Shown here in pieces: positions 26,956 through 41,196 of a stretch of 64,000 nucleotides of DNA. Numbering within the stretch: position 1 is the stretch's first letter; every line of letters begins with the position of its first letter. Source of the DNA: Octopus sinensis (taxonomy: Eukaryota); contig NC_042999.1 of assembly GCF_006345805.1 (NCBI RefSeq), positions 134,292,001 to 134,356,000 of the forward strand, in the 5' to 3' direction. A program made the position numbers and the translations under genes. Under the pieces are notes generated by a model. It saw only the letters and a list, made by a program, of their open reading frames with translations. It did not search any database and had not been told where the DNA came from.

Positions 26956-29137
26956 CTCTCTACCTTCTTTTCTATTTATATATTATGGCTGTTATTTTAC
27001 TGATACATATCTGTCCTACATAGGGAAAAAAATAAAATTGTAAGCAGGGGAAACTGAACACAGTCTAGAGAGACAAAACGAAGTTAAATCTTTTATTTAG
27101 TTCAACATTCCAGGATTTTCATCGACCTAAGCTTATTTGCCCAATTAAGCTAATTTCCAGTTGCTGAAGTCAGTTTTCTTGAATCCTTTATAAAATTGAA
27201 TATTATTATATGTTCTCGATGGCCAATTGGAGAGAGTAACGGAGAATCAGAAGACTGGTTTGTATTGTCCACAGACACTGCTTTATGCCTTTAGTCAAAA
27301 CACTTATCTTTAAAGCGCTAATTCCAGCCGAAATATTCCAAAAGACCTCAGGGTTGTATTGTTCATCGTTAGCATAATAAAGTTCACGAGGTGATTCATA
27401 GAATTTCACAGCTGAGTTCAGTTCCTTCTTGGGTAAATGTTACCCGCAGTGTACTTTTGCTATCTCCATGGGGAGATTGATTTTTATTTGATTAGCAGAA
27501 ACGAAATTAGATATAAGAAGCCTCCCGTTGACTACATAGTACCGTAAGGAAACGAAGCCATATTTGTCGATTCGTTAATGATCTTCAAGAGATTAGAGCC
27601 AAGAGCCACAATGACTGAAATTAACAATTGTAACATATTTCTTGTCGCAGCTTCCCTCCCACCACTGCCTCAGGCACATCCATTGCACAGAGACAAATAT
27701 TTAAAAACTACTGCTAAACCTATATAGTCATCTGAAAACTTTGTCAGGAACAGCTGATAGAAATATTAATATAGTTTAATTTAATGAGCTGTATGACTGT
27801 ATTATTACATTATCAGGCCAGTTTCGTGTTTTTCTATTTACATTATTCTCCTTTACTATTTAATTTATTTTTGTATTTGCAAAAGTGGCGCCTCTGAAAA
27901 TCCGCTATGAGTTTTCGGTAAGCTAACTCTGAATATTATATAGCAATTAATATGACGCTGTTTTACTACGTCAGTAAATTTCACTGTTTGTTAAAGGTAA
28001 TCTAACATGAGAAAACTTATCTGCGCAGAAGAACAATAAGCTGTAAATAAAAAAAGATGTTCAATACTGTTCTGGTATACTGTTCAGCCATGTGGCTGCG
28101 ATCATGCTGGAACACCACCATATGCATGACTATGTTGAATAACGTAGTCATAAACATATTTCTAAAACATGGGGCAGCCATGATTGGAATGAATTTGATC
28201 ATAGATTCATTTAAGACGAAATAACAATCACAACAACAGCAGCAAGAAAAATCTAAATGGTTTCTTTCTATGATTTAAGTACACATATTGTATCATATCG
28301 TTCAATGTGAGTGTTTTTAGAAGCGATGCTGGTCGGACAAAAAATACCGATCTTAACGTTGTGGGCGTAGAAAGGTTGTTTTAACTTTTTTTTTATCGGA
28401 GTGTTGATGTGAAATGTTGTATTACTAGGGCTAGAAATTTTCTGGCTATATTAGAGGTTGAGTTCAAGATTAAAGGTGGATGATACCAAGCTACATTACC
28501 CTTTCCACTTCTCTTATGTGAATGCTTGAGGAATTTCTCCTTATATTTTAGCTTCTATCTGACGCCAATTCTAGTTAGCACAGAGATGGTGGACAGCGGC
28601 CCTGTTAAAAATGCCCCTGTTCCAAGACAGATCAGACGCGGTCCTATTTTTTTCAGCTACATGGTAATCTTATATCTAGAGATTTATATAGTGTTCTTAT
28701 CTGGTTTCCTGTATGCTGGTGTTTTCTTGAATATTGAATCTTGTCATACGGGTCTACGGAGGAAGTTGACTTTCGTAAAGCTATGTTTTATTTAAATCAA
28801 ATCATTCCTCTTAACCATTCCTCTTAAAACATGCCTGAATCAATTCCTACTGTAGATTAACAAGACATCACATCCGCACAAACCGCAGCCATCTGGGATG
28901 ATACGTTTTCTGAGGATGCCAAATATTTTAAATATTTCGTTGGAGACAAGTAACGCCTACACTATAAGATGCACTTGGTAGTTTTCTACGTACATGATGT
29001 GTGTATATGTTCCTGTATTCGCATACGCATGTTTGTGCGGTTGTATATACGTATACATCCATTCATCCATATAGATATGTGTGTGCGTGTGTACATATAT
29101 GTACATATATATATATAATATATATATATATATATAA

Positions 29138-29175
<38 letters not shown>

Positions 29176-29362
29176 TATATTCGTATATACATATATATAC
29201 TTGTATACATATATATATGCATATATGCACATGTATAATGATGTGTAAGAATATGTTTTAATACAAAAAATGTGGACGAATGCATGTATTAAAATTTGCG
29301 TATGTGTAATTTTTTAGAAATATTGGTAGTATACATAACGGATATTCGCATGCATGTATATA

Positions 29363-29433
<71 letters not shown>

Positions 29434-29435
29434 GC

Positions 29436-29466
<31 letters not shown>

Positions 29467-29505
29467 ATATATATATTATATATTAATATATATATTATAT
29501 ATATC

Positions 29506-29550
<45 letters not shown>

Positions 29551-29802
29551 GTGTGTGTGTGTATACAAAACTGTATAAAAATATGTTCATAGGTACACAT
29601 GTGCGTAAGTGCATGCGCGTTTATAGTAACATATTATATTGTTACTGCATGGATGTAATACGCACTTCATCGAAAATGCATAAACATGCATTTGTGTGTG
29701 TGAATGTGTGTGCATACGAAAAATCTACATCAACGTATTTATAAATACACAATGTATGCATGTGTGCATATATATGTATATATATGTGTATGAATATATA
29801 TA

Positions 29803-29844
<42 letters not shown>

Positions 29845-30645
29845 TACATGCATGCATACATGCACACATAAGCACATACACAAACAATCTCACGTACACA
29901 CACATGCATAGACTTATATACTTTCATTCATATATGCACATATTAATAATAAAGATATAAACATAACTACACATGCATATGTGTGTGTGCCCCCTATGTT
30001 TGCTTGTGCGCATTCATAACATAGAGGTGCAGTTATGCACGCAAGTATATGGATCTAACAGTTAAAGATGTATGTGTGTCACTGCGTGACTACGTGAGTG
30101 ACTATATGTGTGTACATGTGTGTTTGTATGTGCATGTGAATTTGTATGTAAATATGCATGTACGCTCGTAAATCTACGTTTGTCGTATTGTTTCTAAATT
30201 GTTGTCCATTTTTTTTTTTCTCCTTCCTGCACTACCTTCACCACAGTTTTTTTACCATCTAATGTCTGACGTCATTAAAGCCATTGGCTTTTTTTTTCTG
30301 CCATAATCGTACACAGATTTTCTTACTGCTATCACAACATATGCAAATGACCGACTAGTGGCTGGTAAAGCTTACGTTATATGGCACCTAATAGTGGCTT
30401 GGCTGCCATTTTGATTTACGTCCACTGCACACTCTTCATGACATACGCCCTAACTCATAATTCGACTCGCATAAGAAATAAGCAATCTCTTTTCCTGCAA
30501 TATATCTTAGCGTTTGCTCGGTAATTATGCAAATCCATGCAAGCCTTTAGATCTCTTCCGATCGTTTCTTTATAGCGACACTTCCCCGCCATACTTTCTT
30601 TACCTCTTTTCTCACTTCTTACCTTGTTCCGTTTTTATTATTATC

Positions 30646-30698
<53 letters not shown>

Positions 30699-30979
30699 TA
30701 TATACATAGGTATGTATATATATATATTATATATATATATATATATATTAATGTATAATATGTGTGTTTATATATATAAATATATATATATGTATATATA
30801 CATACATACATACATACATATATATTTTTTTTCATTCTATCTAGTTCAGTGTCTTTCTAATTCTCTGTGTCAGGGTGTATATTTCCATTTTACCTTCTGA
30901 TCCCCCTCTCCCTGTCACTATATATTTATGTAATTATATATAAATATATAAACGTATCTATATATATATATATATATAG

Positions 30980-31026
<47 letters not shown>

Positions 31027-32573
31027 CTCCGCACCATTGTAAGCTTCCCTTCTATCTCTCTCTCTCTATAATATATATATGTATGTCTTTGTGTTTATAG
31101 TTCTCTCCTCCAATTTTCTCACTACCTGCCAATGTCATTAACATATATATCTTTAATCATTTATATATATGTGTGGTGTGTGTGTGTGTGTGTGTGTGCG
31201 TACAGTTCTGTCATTATGAATACATGCTTGCGTGTATGTACATCGGTACATTCAGATATACACATGCATTAAATATCTATGTCGGTAACCATATATAAAC
31301 AGCCATTATCCATGTATGAAATGTAGGTGTGTTCCTACGTTTTTTCATATATCCCCATGCATATTTATCAACATAGATGTATATGTATATGATTAAATAT
31401 ACGACTCGGTATGTTTACAAAATGTTATGTAAGTGCGTAAATATTTACATACAATTATAGATTTTCTTTATGAGGATTTCTCAGAAGTGACGTGGCACAC
31501 TATTAAGTATTTATTCTCAGTTCGAAACCTGCCTCAGCTGTTTAATTTTGCCTAAGACACTGCACTGAGCTTAATATTACCTTTTTTTTTATTTAACCAG
31601 AAGGAAGTGGGTGTTCCCATTGCCTCTGCAGGTTCCCCATGGCTTATAATACTGATGCGGTTTTAACATCAGCTGGATAAAAATAATAATAATAAAAAAA
31701 CACGTAGATTGTCTTTTTGGTCGGTTGACCTTCTGGAATGGAAGAATTAGAAAAATGCTTAGTGTTGTGTCTGAGTGGCGAGACTTAGTAGAAAAACCTG
31801 GCAAGCGGTTTCAAGGACGCTATGTTTCCTTCGACTAAGGTATAAATATATGAAGTCCTGTGAACTTGTGTCCAACCACTTAACAAGCATTTAACTACTA
31901 ATGTTTTTTTTTTTTACAATATAAAAACATTTTCCTTCAAGCTGATTCTTTCAAGAACAGTTACAAGATAGGGGAAGTGGTAGGGATTTCGGTGGGCCTG
32001 GACGGAAGGGTTGAAGTAATTGAACTCTCAAAACAATAGGCTATAAATGAAGGTGATATCAAAGTGAGTCAAAGTTTGGAGTCTACGAGAGTCTTTGCAA
32101 TCAGCGGTAAATGGCCGTCTTTTTGATTCAATATCGAATGTTTATATGCAGCAGCAATATCACTCCAGATACGTGAGCAGTAGATCTTTACAGTCAATAG
32201 TTGGTTAGAGCTGAATTGGTTTTTGTTCCTGTAAAGGGTAACCTTTGTGTCATAGTTTTAGCTACAATTTCTATCAGTGCTAACGCCTGATTCGAAGCAC
32301 CTCGTTAATTATAATTTGACAAGTTCATTCGCAGTTCTGATCTTATGGCGAGAGAAGTGTAACTTTATGTCAACTACAGTTGAGTAACAGTTCTACAAAG
32401 TGTTGTGATTCAGAAAAGGAATAGTTACACAGATTTGACTGGAACATTCCACCCAAATTCTTTTATATTATTGATGATTTAAACTCCACAACTTCATAAC
32501 GTGTTTCTTTCTTTGTGTGTATGTGGATGCATATCTGTGATTATGTATGTATGCATGTATCTCTCTCTCTTTC

Positions 32574-32608
<35 letters not shown>

Positions 32609-32628
32609 TATATATATATATATGTGTG

Positions 32629-32687
<59 letters not shown>

Positions 32688-32760
32688 TGTGTGTGTGTGA
32701 GTATGTGTTATGTATGTTTCTGAGAGATCCCAAGCTTTTGTTTAGACATCTCTCTTGCAG

Positions 32761-32854
32761 AAGGAAATTCGAAATAACATCCAGCATCTTGCAGAGATCT
32801 TGCTGAAGCCGGAGATCTTGCACTTGCTTGTTTCTGAACTACTTGGCTTTATAG
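32761..32854 (+). other. Candidate 94-nt spliced exon of an unidentified host gene
   Basis: Acceptor CATCTCTCTTGCAG, donor AG/GTGAGT; one frame open throughout (KEIRNNIQHLAEILLKPEILHLLVSELLGFI). No homology recognised. Confidence 0.4.
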
Positions 32855-33077
32855 GTGAGTGTCTTAGCGGTGTTGTGTAAGCTTTTATTGACTTTAGATT
32901 TCAGCATGAACATTACTGATAGTCATTGTAGGACAATTCATCAAGGCCGGTCATACTGGAGTACGATTTGGCAGCCACCATATATATATATATATATATA
33001 TATACATACATATTGATACAATGGTAAAACAGCAAAAGAATGAAAGAGACCTCGATATTATGTAAATTTATCTGTAA

Positions 33078-33239
33078 ATATAATATGTGACAATTATTCG
33101 GTAGCCATGATAAAACTCCGAGTTTCGTATGTCGAGGCGGATGGCCCGATAACTGAAGAGATGGCGACGTAGGTTTCCTCCCCGACATCCCAAACTCGGA
33201 GTTCTATCATGGTTACCGAATAATTGTCACATATTATAT
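33078..33239. mobile_element. Foldback element, 48-bp arms
   Basis: ATATAATATGTGACAATTATTCGGTAGCCATGATAAAACTCCGAGTTT / AAACTCGGAGTTCTATCATGGTTACCGAATAATTGTCACATATTATAT with 2 mismatches. Confidence 0.9.
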
Positions 33240-34051
33240 ATATGTGTGTGTGTGTGTGAGTGTGTGTGAGTGTGTGTGTGTGTGTATGTATGCTTTCATT
33301 ATTATCGTGAGAACTACTGCCAACATATAAGTCAGTACAACCTCTTGCATGGTCAGATCGTCCGCGAAAAGAGTGACACATGCGCAAGACTAGCCTGCTG
33401 AGAAGAGTTTCTAGAAATCCAGCTGGACAAAAACAACGACACTACCCCCAAAATGACAGAGTGCAGGTGATGGGTTGCACTTGAAAAACATCTTTACCAA
33501 TCCGCAAAGTCAAGCGTTTACTACAGAAATAGATACCAAGTTGATGTCTGGTATAAAATTACTTAGCACATGGGTAAATAACTGCTCGGAAGGTATGCAA
33601 AAAAATATCCGTATATAAAAAACCTCCTTGGAAAGGAAAAATTCAAAATTAATCCTCTATCCAGTAGTGGGTATCTGTTTATTGCAAAGACTAGGAGATG
33701 GCATTCCCATATAAAACGTACAATGGGAATATGTTGCTCTAATTTGTCATTGGGCAATTGAGTATGGATATTTAGTGTGTGGCATATACGTACATCATGC
33801 AAGTGTACGTCAAATTAATCTAATGGTGTATGTCTTGTTACAACAGAGCATATGGACATAGAGAGATTAAATGAACAATAATTCTGATGAAGCAACTATC
33901 ATGTATGTATTTGTGTGTATAAGTATGTGCATGTATATATATATTATATATATATATTATAATATAATTATATATATATATATATATATATAATATATTA
34001 TATATATGTATAATATATATATATACATATATATTATACATATATATATAC

Positions 34052-34082
<31 letters not shown>

Positions 34083-34157
34083 GTATATACATGTATATAT
34101 ATATATACATACATATTATACACACACATATATATAATATATACTTATATATATATA

Positions 34158-34194
<37 letters not shown>

Positions 34195-34198
34195 CATA

Positions 34199-34247
<49 letters not shown>

Positions 34248-34336
34248 AATAGAAAAAGAAATGGACCAACAATTAACAATTTAATACCAATTAACATTGG
34301 TATTAAATGGTCGTAGTTTATTTGTAGTTAAAGTAA

Positions 34337-34416
34337 CATTTACAGCTGTTTCAGTTTGTTATTTTTGAGGTAAATTTGCATTTATCTCGTTCCATGTAAC
34401 AAACATCGTCAGAATA
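34337..34416 (-). ncRNA. Hammerhead motif, extended stem II, palindromic stem III
   Basis: Minus: UAUU CUGACGA U GUUUGUUA [35 nt] UAACAAAC U GAA ACAGCUGU A AAUG; GUA triplet; U.U at the base of stem II. Confidence 0.7.
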
Positions 34417-35136
34417 ATCGGAGTAATATAGACAGAAGAAAAGGGAAAAAGTAAAAAGCAAAAGAAAAAGGAAGACAGGGAAAAGGAAAAAAAAGTTCGT
34501 TAAATCTTCAGGCTTACATTTTTGTGTCCTTTAGAGGTTGCACGTGTGTGTACATTTCTTCATGCATTTAATCTTAAGTATACCATCTACAGTAGTTCTG
34601 CTAAAAGCAAAGAAGAACAATTGTTTTTGAAAACCAGCATGATATAGTAAAGAACTATGATATTAAAACAAGCTACACTTTTCCTTTGCTCCTGAGATCC
34701 CATTTACAAACATTTCGAACCTCAGAACTCCGTTTGTTTCATTAATGATTTCATAGTATCACAATTATTTTGCTACATGTGTAACACATATTATAATGGT
34801 CAGATTTTCTGCATGCAAACTCTGAAAAAATAACATTAATATTAATAGCGATTATATTTTTAATTTTTCATTCGGTTGAATATTTTATCAGCTCTGCTCT
34901 TTTAACAAGCTAAGAGAAAGTTTTCCAATTAGCATCAAGTCTTCTGCTTTCGCTAGAGATGGATGTCTTCCTGTGTAGATTATGCTGACACTAAGGATAG
35001 CTATGAATCTTTCAGCAATTCTTCATGACACGTTTAGTAATTTATCTTCGAAGTTAAAGATGATCTTTTATCAACGAGGACTGAGAACTAAATTCAGGGT
35101 AAACAGCTGTCTGTAGAGATTATATTTATTTGCTGT

Positions 35137-35382
35137 TTTATCTTTTACTTGTTTCAGTCATTAGACGGCAGCCCATGCTGGGGCACCACCTCGAAGAATT
35201 TTTTAGTCGTACGAATCGATCCCAATATTTTTTTAAGCCGGGTACTTATTCTATCGGTCTCTTTTGCCCGATAGAATAAGTACAGGAACGTAGACAAACC
35301 AGCACTGGTTGTCAAATGGTGGTGGGGAACAAACACAGACTCTAAGACACGCCCGCACGCGCACACGCACACATACCCCCCT

Positions 35383-35448
<66 letters not shown>

Positions 35449-35647
35449 CATACATATATACATACATATATATATATGTATATATATAAGATGGGGTTGT
35501 TTCAATATCCATCGACGAAATCCACTCGTAAGGTTTAGGTCGGCCCGAGGCTATAGTAGAAGACACTTACCCAAGATTTTATGTAGTGGGGCTGCACCCA
35601 AAACCATGTGCTTGGGAAGCAAACTTCTTTCCACATGTCCACGCCTG
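35137..35647 (-). mobile_element. SINE family B with (TA)n-expanded interior
   Basis: Reverse complement of the family B head and tail around ~110 nt of (TA)n. Confidence 0.85.
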
Positions 35648-37056
35648 TACCTATATCTATAAATTTACGAACAAATTTGAATAGCTTAATATTATGCAAA
35701 AAAAAACAGGTTCTTTATACCTTAGCCAGCATAACTCCAATGTTGTTTTTATTCATCTCTTGACCGATCTTGGCCGAATGTATTTCATGATCAAAAGCGT
35801 TCTAACTGTGAACACCCAATCTTTTAGTGAGTTATGAATTATGCAACATATTATCCTTTTTACTTTTAAACAGAACGGTGGAATTGGACGAGGAATTGGT
35901 CTGTCCGTGCTAATGGTAATGAATCACGTATACATCAACTCCGCTAATGTACAACGTGACTCCACAAATGTAAAATGTGACTCTAGAATACTCGGGAACA
36001 CACCTAATCGACAAGCTTTGAAGGAAGTCAAAGGGAAAACATCTTATATACTCCCATAAGAATCTAAAAAAACAAAAACAAAAAGAAAATGTAAAGTAAA
36101 CAAGTTCATGTTAGGAAACTCACCAAGAGATTTCAAACTGATGGCGCAGAAAGACAGGGTAAGATTTAGTAGAAATTTGTCTAGTTTCCAATACAGCGAG
36201 TGACAATATTCAGGCTTCCTCATTGGTGCTTGCAGTTTAGAATAAAATATAATTATCTCTGGAATCAGAATGAACACACATAGTCCAGATTTTTGCAACA
36301 GAGGTGTTGTTATTGTTTAGCCCCAGGTCATTCCTGACAACCAGACCTTTGATCAAGGTTTTCTCAGAAGTATCTACCCTATCTTTTCTTTTCTTTTTCA
36401 GACCTAGTAGATATAATACCACATCCTCTAATACGTTTTTTATCTCGTAAAATAGTAGGATGTGATTTTTGGGAGATATTTTTTAAAATAACTAGCGTTA
36501 GACTTGTGAGAATAAGTTTTGTCTGGGATAAGATGCCAGTCTGTCAGAGAGTACATTATTAAACTGATTTTCTCCTTTTTGCTTGTAGCTGAAGGACTGA
36601 GGAAGTAGAAGTATGCATCCTACTCAAATACACAACGAAATCATATCGAGACAACAAGCAAACCTATAAACGGTCATTCGATTGGCTAAAAGTCGTAGCC
36701 TAATGTCTCTTAAATCATATGCTTAAAGAGGAAATGAAGCATCAGACAATGTGGTCTCAAACGCATTAAATAGAAAGAGGGTATGATCACAGCTAAATCT
36801 TCTTAGTTCATAACCTTGTCCTATAAGGATTGGCCTGCGTATAAACGACCACAGCAACAACAACAATTTCACTCCATTACCTTTAAAATCTTGACACATG
36901 ACTTAGTAGTATATCCCCATGATGATTTAGCGTACCATTTTTATTAGTGTAATCACGTCGCCAAAGACTGGGTCTTTTGATTCATCCCTCCACATTCCTG
37001 GCAATGACATACGTGAAAAACTTTCCATGACTTTATTTAACATTAGCTACGGTTTT

Positions 37057-37590
<534 letters not shown>

Positions 37591-37654
37591 ATAAAAGCAG
37601 AATTTAGCTGTTGTTTTCTTATATATACCAGAACGGGAAGAAGATATTGGAATT

Positions 37655-38010
37655 GAAAGGTGTCAGAGTCTCAACCTATAAATCTATTGTGTGCGATTGT
37701 AGAATTTAATGAGACGGACACGAAGGGGAACATAAATTATCAGGTTCTAGTGATTCGAATGGTGCTAGACTCAATCCGCCACCATGCTGAACATCGCCTG
37801 CTGGTCCTTGATGTTTTTGCTGAATCTGCTCAAGTTCATGCATTCTAATGAGAACCCCAGTATGAAGATACTTAAATATTTCCCCCTTTTCATCCAATTA
37901 GTCAAGAGTCCCCGCCAGAAAAGGTTGGGCACTGCACCTTCTCCTTCTCTTATTTACCCATGGAGTTGTCAACTTGAATCTAATCCCTTGTCAAACATGT
38001 CTCAAGTCCA
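37655..38010 (-). mobile_element. RTE-like LINE reverse-transcriptase fragment
   Basis: Frameshifted minus translation GIRF..KVQCP..GGD..EIFKYL.GVL....VETLT resembles the RTE RT pattern KV.CP..GGE.L.QVEEFKYLGV...LLYG.ETWT. Confidence 0.5.
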
Positions 38011-39751
38011 AGCTGTCGATGTTCATCTCAACATTAATTAATATTATTCTAGAAGCTGGTTCTTTCAAAAGCTACTACCAGATATTTGAATCTACGAACT
38101 GTAACTTGTAAATGTTTCTTTATATATTTGAGCATAAGATTTTCTTATGCGATTTAGCGGATTTAACAATCAGAAAAAAGATTACAGATCTAATGGGGGA
38201 AAGTTAACTGCAATAGTCTAACTTCCATGCAGTCGCCATTTATCTTCCATTCAATTAAAGTTGAAGAAACCAAAAATGAACACTAGCCCTACGTTTTTTT
38301 GTTTGTTTTTTTGTCTTTTTTTTTCGCAAAAAGAATTAATATAAAGGATTGAGTTAGTGGATTACTGTGGAGATGGTATGTTTCTTAAGTACTTTTGTGT
38401 AAACAGCTACCACCCCTTTCCAGACTATCACAGTCAAAGCTTTCAACAAAACTGAAATGCCACCATCTTGAAAGTACGCTGTTGCCCTTTTTCCAACTCA
38501 TTTTCCTCTCAACATTCCATAATTCAGTCTAATTTTCAGTGATAAGATTATAGGAACACCCTCGGCTCTATGTCAGGCTAACGGGTGCAAGTTCCTCTGA
38601 CTTTATTCCAAGCTACAAGCGATGAAAATAAAACATCTGCTTCTTAGAATAGGTGGGAGACAGGAATATAAACCATAAGAGTTGCACCGGGACAAATAGC
38701 AAAAATAACAAAAGAAAAATACATAAATATATAGATATAAACATAAACAAATATAAACATAACACTACAAGAAAAAGAAATAATATAAAATAACAATAAA
38801 CATGGAGTTTCGTTGTTTTCAAACTTTAGTAAAGCATATTTAATAGCTTTCGACAGCTTTTAGCGGAGTCGAGATGTTTATCTTAGTCTCCCTTATAGAA
38901 AATAGATTAGATAAACAAGGCAAATAACATTCAAACTAAATGAATGTTTTATTAAGTCGTATTTAGCTTGGCCTGCCAACGTCAAATATAGCTGACAGTT
39001 CGGTCTATTTCCTCCATCATGCGCATCAAACACACCCGACTGATTTGAACGACAGTTACACTCAGTTCGCCCTACTGCAGGGGCGAAGTTGATTTTCGCC
39101 GCGATGAAACCTTGCTGATTAAATTACCAGCAAGAAACAAACTTTCGGCCCGGAACATCTATTTATTTAAGTGGTTGATGGTGGCGGTGGTTCAAATCAA
39201 AGAGGCGGAGAGAACGATTAGTCATAATTGTATCGGGGTGTGCTTTAATAAAAAAAAGGGTAAAAAAATATACATAAGAGCATATAAAAACGTCTTAGTT
39301 TTCAGTGCAACGACAATTACCGCTTTCAACTATAAATCAATGGTATCACCTCTCTGTGTGAGCGGCGGCTGTCAGATGGCCGAACGAACAGATGCATCGG
39401 TTCATATATTTATTTATCTTGCTATCTATATTTATTTATCTGATGGATATCAGTATATGTAAGCAGAAAGAATTGTGCTGAAAGACACAGGGTTCTAGTT
39501 GGTTAGGTGGGACCTACAATATATTAAGTTGACTCATTTTTGTAATATGCTGTCGTAACATTAGTGGTAGAGATAGAATTTCAACTTCTTATGAGTAGAG
39601 GAATCGATCTCGGTGCGGCAGATAACCATATGTCTAACAGAGTTGTGATATAGTATGTGACATAATGCAACATATATGCAGTACATCTATAATTAAAGAT
39701 GTTTCAGACGTATCTATTTATCAACTTTTTTTCAAATTGTATATCTAGGAC

Positions 39752-40085
39752 TAAGGCAGCGAGCTGGCAGAAACGTTAGCACGCCGGGCGAAATGCGTAG
39801 CCGTATTTCGTCTGCTGTTACGTTCTGAGTTCAAATTCCGCCGAGGTCGACTTTGCATTTTATCCTTTCGGGGTCGATTAAATAAGTACCAGTTACGTAC
39901 TGGGGTCGATATAATCGATTTAATCCGTTTGTCTGTCCCTGTTTGTCCTCTCTGTGTTTAGCCCCTTGTGGGTAGTAAAGAAATAGGTATTTCGTCTGCC
40001 GCTACGTTCTGAGTTCAAATTTCGGGTCAATGTAATTGACTTTCCCCTCTCCTGAAATTGCTGGTCTTGTGGTCGGAGTGCAAAA
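39752..40085 (+). mobile_element. SINE family A dimer
   Basis: Full unit, then restart at AAAGAAATA/GGTATTTCG into a shortened second unit. Confidence 0.9.
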
Positions 40086-40332
40086 TCTACCTCAACCTCT
40101 TTTAGTAGCCTTTTACGACACGCAGAGGAAATGTTGGGTTCATTCTCTGACATGCCGCTTACCACACAACTATATTAAACCGAATCTGTCGTAACGCGCA
40201 CACACACATATACATATATATATATGTATATATATATATGTGTATATATATATGTATATATATGTATATATATATATATATGTGTATATATATATGTATA
40301 TGTATGTGTATATATATATATATATATATATA

Positions 40333-40614
40333 GTTAAATACATATACTAATGTATATGCTTTGTGTATTTTCCGGTGGCTGCAATGGCGTAGCGCAGTAT
40401 ATAACTCTCATGTCGCCGGTGTTAAAACACCTTAGACCCGTGGACAGGCGAGAAAACTCACCCTCAATCTCACTTGGTAGAGATGGACAGCGATGTTTCG
40501 CCATTTTTGTGGCTTATCGACACCAACACTGGCGACATGAGAGTTATATACTCCGCTGTGCCAAGCAGCCACCGCAAAATACACAAACCATATACATTAG
40601 TATATGTATTTAAC
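40333..40614. mobile_element. MITE-like foldback element, ~90-bp arms
   Basis: GTTAAATACATATACTAATGTATATG..TTGTGTATTTT.CGGTGGCTG...GTATATAACTCTCATGTCGCC.GTGTT mirrored at ~40525-40614; abuts (TA)n. Confidence 0.9.
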
Positions 40615-40651
40615 AATATTTATTATACCAGCTCTGCTTTTACTTCGTATG

Positions 40652-40699
<48 letters not shown>

Positions 40700-41196
40700 T
40701 TATATGTGTGTGTGTGCGCGCGCGCGTGTATGTATTTATGTACATTTTTGTATGTTTCCTTTTTCTCCCTACTTGTTCATATGTTTACATATATACTAAC
40801 AGATATATCAATCTATCTGCCTATATACCAGTTATCTATATCTGTCTACGTACTTATATCTATCACCAATCATTAAGAGGGGCATAGACAGGGTTTTATG
40901 ACTGAGAAGCTTAATTCCCAAACATAGTTTCGGCTTCAATCGCAATGCGCAGCACTTTGGGTACGTGACTACTATCAAAGCTTCGGGTAAAAAATTTTTG
41001 TGACGAAAACTCAGCGGAAGTGACAGCGTCGTTGAGTGCCTAGATTTTTGTAGATGATTATATATCGTGAATGACTGTATCAGTGAGTGACTGCAATGCT
41101 GAGTGACTGCAATGCTGAGAGACTGTGTTAATAAAACTATGTGCTGATGACGATACACTGGCCAGTGACTCAGCTTCATCAGACTAGCCAATATTA

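Noticed and set aside
27206-27440. ~78-codon open frame (..YNPEVFWNI..), faintly hAT-like
   Set aside because: No recognisable motif set or good splice sites; length compatible with chance.
35841-36059. ORF with GGIGRGIG, resembling an SDR Rossmann motif, after a strong acceptor at 35873
   Set aside because: No preceding beta strand or downstream SDR motifs, and only a weak donor.
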